A DNA stretch of 64,000 nt, taken from positions 414,963-478,962 of the forward strand of contig MU058781.1 of NCBI GenBank assembly GCA_013265495.1, in the 5' to 3' direction. This document shows positions 60,573 through 64,000 of the stretch, one piece after another. The translations under genes were made by a program, and so were the position numbers. Positions within the stretch are counted from its first letter, which is position 1, and every line of letters starts with the position of its first letter. The notes under the pieces are model-generated. The model saw only the letters and a program-made list of their open reading frames with translations, did no database searches and was not told the DNA's origin. This DNA comes from Vicugna vicugna (lineage: Eukaryota).

Positions 60573-63500
60573 AGACCAAAGGGAAGGGAAAGGGGAAAGC
60601 AGAGCTCGTGACGTGGAGCCCTCTCGCAGAAGCCTTCTGGGGACCAGAGCAGGCAGCAGACCTGTCATGCCATTCCCACTCTCCTCTCAGGCTTCTACCT
60701 GGTTCATGTTTTTAGTGGAAAGGTGTTTGCCCTTCTCGATATTTTGCAGACATGCCAAAAAGATTAATTACAATAATTTCTTCTGCAGCTGGGTTACTGA
60801 TATATAAAATGTTCCTGTATTATCATATGCATTCCAACCGATGCCACTCCAACTGGTATATAAAGAGCCAATTTATTAGATGACCACAAGTAACGAAGGA
60901 CACAGAGAGGAGTATGAAATTTGCATCTATAACAGAGACTCTGGATGAGAATTCTATCTTTAGGAGCTCAGAAGATGAATGAGTAAAAGCATGATAGATA
61001 TAGATAGCAGGGTTCATTACACAATCAGAGGGCATTATCAGACATGTGATGAAGATAAATTCGACTGCATGTCAGGCAAATCATGTTATTGCCTCTAATC
61101 TATCATCTTGTTAATAATATTTCTATGGAAACATTAAAAGAAATTAAACTACTAAAACCTGAAAACAGATTTGACAGCTACGTGTAACAAAAGAAAAATA
61201 TCAAGATTTTGCTGAAATACATGGCAGACTTTAGCAAGACATGTTAATTACTAGTTAGTGTTTAGGTAATCTACAGATTGTGGAAGGATAAACAGACTCC
61301 TGTTAATAAAGATCTTATTATTGTTGTTGTTACAAATAATTGTTTAGTATTTATATTGTGTATTAGTTCATGGGGAAGTTGTAATTTAGAATTTTCCTGT
61401 TCTAGAAGGAGCGATTCAATTCAGCACAAAGATGGGCTCTGTATATTTGCAAATTTGTATAAAAGCATTAGCATTCATTGCTTATATTTATTTATGCAGG
61501 CTTTAATCATCTGAATGCCTTCCATTAACTGACACAGACAGGTGGGGTATTTTTTTGTCCATTTATCATAGATGTGGAATAGCTTTATTTTGGTGTTTAA
61601 AACCTGTTTCTCCTGTTTTCCATTCTCCTCTCATGATTTCCAGTAAGGCAAGAGGCTACCCATACTTTCTAATGTGTAAGTTTGTGGGTATCTGTCTGTG
61701 CTTTTGCATGGGGGGGGGGCTGGAAGGAGACACAGATGAGCCCCACATGTACCCTATTTTAACTAAAAAAAGATAATTTCTGCCCCTAAGAGATCCAGTA
61801 CTTTGCTTCTCCATTTACACTTACTTTGATTGAACAGTAAGAGGGATGAGGTGAGAGAGAGGTTTTTCTTCTCACTTTTCTTTATCCTTCTGAAATTATG
61901 TAAAAATAAAGCTAATTATCTCTATAGCCGTAATCATGGGAAAAAAAAAGACATGAGAATCAAATTTAACTTCAGTTCTGCTGTGAGTTGATGTAAGACC
62001 ATTAAGAAATCATAGTTTCCTTTATTTCTATTCATCTATTATGAAATAAAGTGCAGCTCAACTTCTCTTCAACACAGGATTATAATAAGTTTTATTCTTG
62101 TGGTGTTTATAATGAAATTTGTGAAGTTCAGAAGAAAGATGTTCCAAACTATCAGGGACAGGAACTAATTTTTTTTTTAATCCCTGGAGGCAAAGTATTT
62201 TGAGTTTTCTAATATAAAGAAGAAATCATGACAAGGGCTTCACCAAATGGCTAGATTTTTTAAACATGAATTCAACCTATGGCAACAGGTTAAAGTCAAT
62301 TGGGTTAATTATTTAAAAACTGAATTGCTGTGGACAATCACTGAATGAAACAAAACAGCCTTTCACAGTGACAGTTTATAAAGTTTTTAATTTGGGCGAT
62401 GTTATTTCCCAAAAGATTTAATTTTGTGAACTAGTCTTCAGCTGCCTTGCGAGCTCTGCGGTACCAAACACGTGTGACCAAAACTCTCCAAAGCAGAAGT
62501 GTAGGAACTGTTTTTGTTACTGTAACCCATGAAGACTGGGTCTGAATCTAGAAACAACTGTAGATTTAGAAGTTGTTAGTCTAGTAATGTGCAAAAATAG
62601 TATCTGGAAAGCGTTGATGATTCCCAGATAAGCTATAATTACAAGCATAAAATAAAGCTGCAAACAAGAATCCACATTTTTGGAAAATTTAAACCAAGCA
62701 TTTAAACCAAGAAATTTCCCTCTGAAAGTATGAACTCTTGCTTTGATCACGAGGCCATTTTAAAATAAATGTTGTCAAATAATTGTCTTGTTTCTCCAGA
62801 ATGTTCCATGTAGATAGATTTTTCTTCTTTGACTTAAGATGTCTGGCAGAGCTGAGAATACCCTGTTAACCCTGTTAGCCCTTATATTCTTGGACTTTGG
62901 AACAGGTCCACTTCAAAAGAATTTGATATTATCACATTTTACACAGAAAATACATTCAGTAGATAATTGCTGACTCATTGCTTATTCATGTCAATCACAG
63001 ACAGATATAGTGGGCACTGGATTGTCATTGAGAAGGCCAGAGAGGACAATATTTATTGAGCATAATTCCATGCAGTCAACACTGAGCAAGAGTTTTCTTT
63101 TTTTTTTTTTTTTACAAATACTCTTTTTTTTTCATTTAATCAAAAAAGATTTACGTTCTAAGTGGTCTGTGTCACTAAAAATCTGTGTGATTGTATATAT
63201 AACATCACTTCCTTTGAATCTTTGATTCTCATCTAAAAAATCAGGAGACTTTTAGATCATCTTTTTAAGGCCTCAAATTTCCACAGCAAACATTTCTCCC
63301 AGCTCTGTAACTGTTCTTTCATGGCCATAAAGAAGTCTATGAGTTTTCATATTTGTGTGTTTTGGGTCCTGACTTAACGATCATCAATGCTAGCATTTTC
63401 CGTCGTAAACACCCATCTATGTAAGTTCTGGGAAACACCGCTCCCTATCTAAGCGAGGACTGAAGCCACGGGAGTCACCTAACACCAACACCAGTGGCTT

Positions 63501-63769
63501 CCCCTCCCTCCAGGTCCTTCCCTATGATCCTAGTCAGCAATGATTGGTGGCGGCATTTAATGAGATGTTGTTTACCTCAGACACATTGAATTATCATGAA
63601 AGAAACGTGTGCCTTGGATTCTTTGGAAGCTGGGATAAAATTATATTTATTTCAAAGGCATTACTGTCATATTTGTCAGAATAATCAGTGCTGTTTTACT
63701 GAGTCCTGTCATTCAGATGAAAGATCTCTTTGAAGGTCACAGGGGGAGGGGGTGTAGTGAATAGGAGAA

Positions 63770-63965
63770 AGGGGTTCATAAGTAGACTATTCTCTGTGAC
63801 TGTGAGCAAAGGTGCTGATGCCTCATTTTTCTGAACTGCAAAATGAGATAACGGTAGTATTTCCTTGGCATATTGAAAACATTAAATGAAATTCTATGTG
63901 TAAGATTCTTAGAGTACTGGTTAAAAGTAGCCAAATTGTGAGCAGCATACGCTCAGGTTTCTTGT
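63770..63965 (+). mobile_element. MIR
   Basis: tctgtgactgtgagcaa...gcctcatttttctgaactgcaaaatgagataacggtagta...attaaatgaaattctatgtgtaa. Confidence 0.6.
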
Positions 63966-64000
63966 TATGATTTAACTATTTGCTTTATTAATAAAAATAT

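Noticed and set aside
1..64000. Assignment of candidate exons to known genes with many alternative C-termini (PDE1A, PPP1R1C, PTGER3 and OPRM1 considered)
   Set aside because: None of the C-terminal peptides I recall for those genes is encoded here, so no gene symbol is justified.
1..64000. CRISPR arrays, operons, rRNA/snRNA/snoRNA genes, intact transposase or reverse transcriptase
   Set aside because: None seen; the sequence is mammalian non-coding DNA with only degraded or non-autonomous elements.

Overview
This is AT-rich, repeat-dense mammalian genomic DNA, intronic or intergenic in character. Three tRNA-derived SINEs of the camelid vic-1 type suggest a camel, alpaca or llama genome. Much of the window is recognisable interspersed repeat: old and young L1, L2, MIR, MaLR (MLT1), MLT2, a MER34-like LTR, a Tigger1 deletion derivative, MER5 and one unclassified solo LTR with a near-intact target-site duplication (TSD). 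I recognise no known protein-coding gene, RNA gene, CRISPR array or other prokaryotic-type system, and most listed ORFs are noise or repeat-derived. The most notable signals are: (i) a probable L1 3' transduction at 10.78-11.02 kb; (ii) several short patches where old repeats show clustered A/T-to-G/C change and CpG gain, consistent with GC-biased gene conversion; (iii) a chain of strong minus-strand splice sites and several plus-strand acceptor-led open frames, including ~187 codons at 30.3-30.9 kb, which may be exons of an unassigned gene or lncRNA; and (iv) a SINE/L1 chimera. Repeat family names come from recalled consensus sequences. Boundaries of old repeats are approximate.
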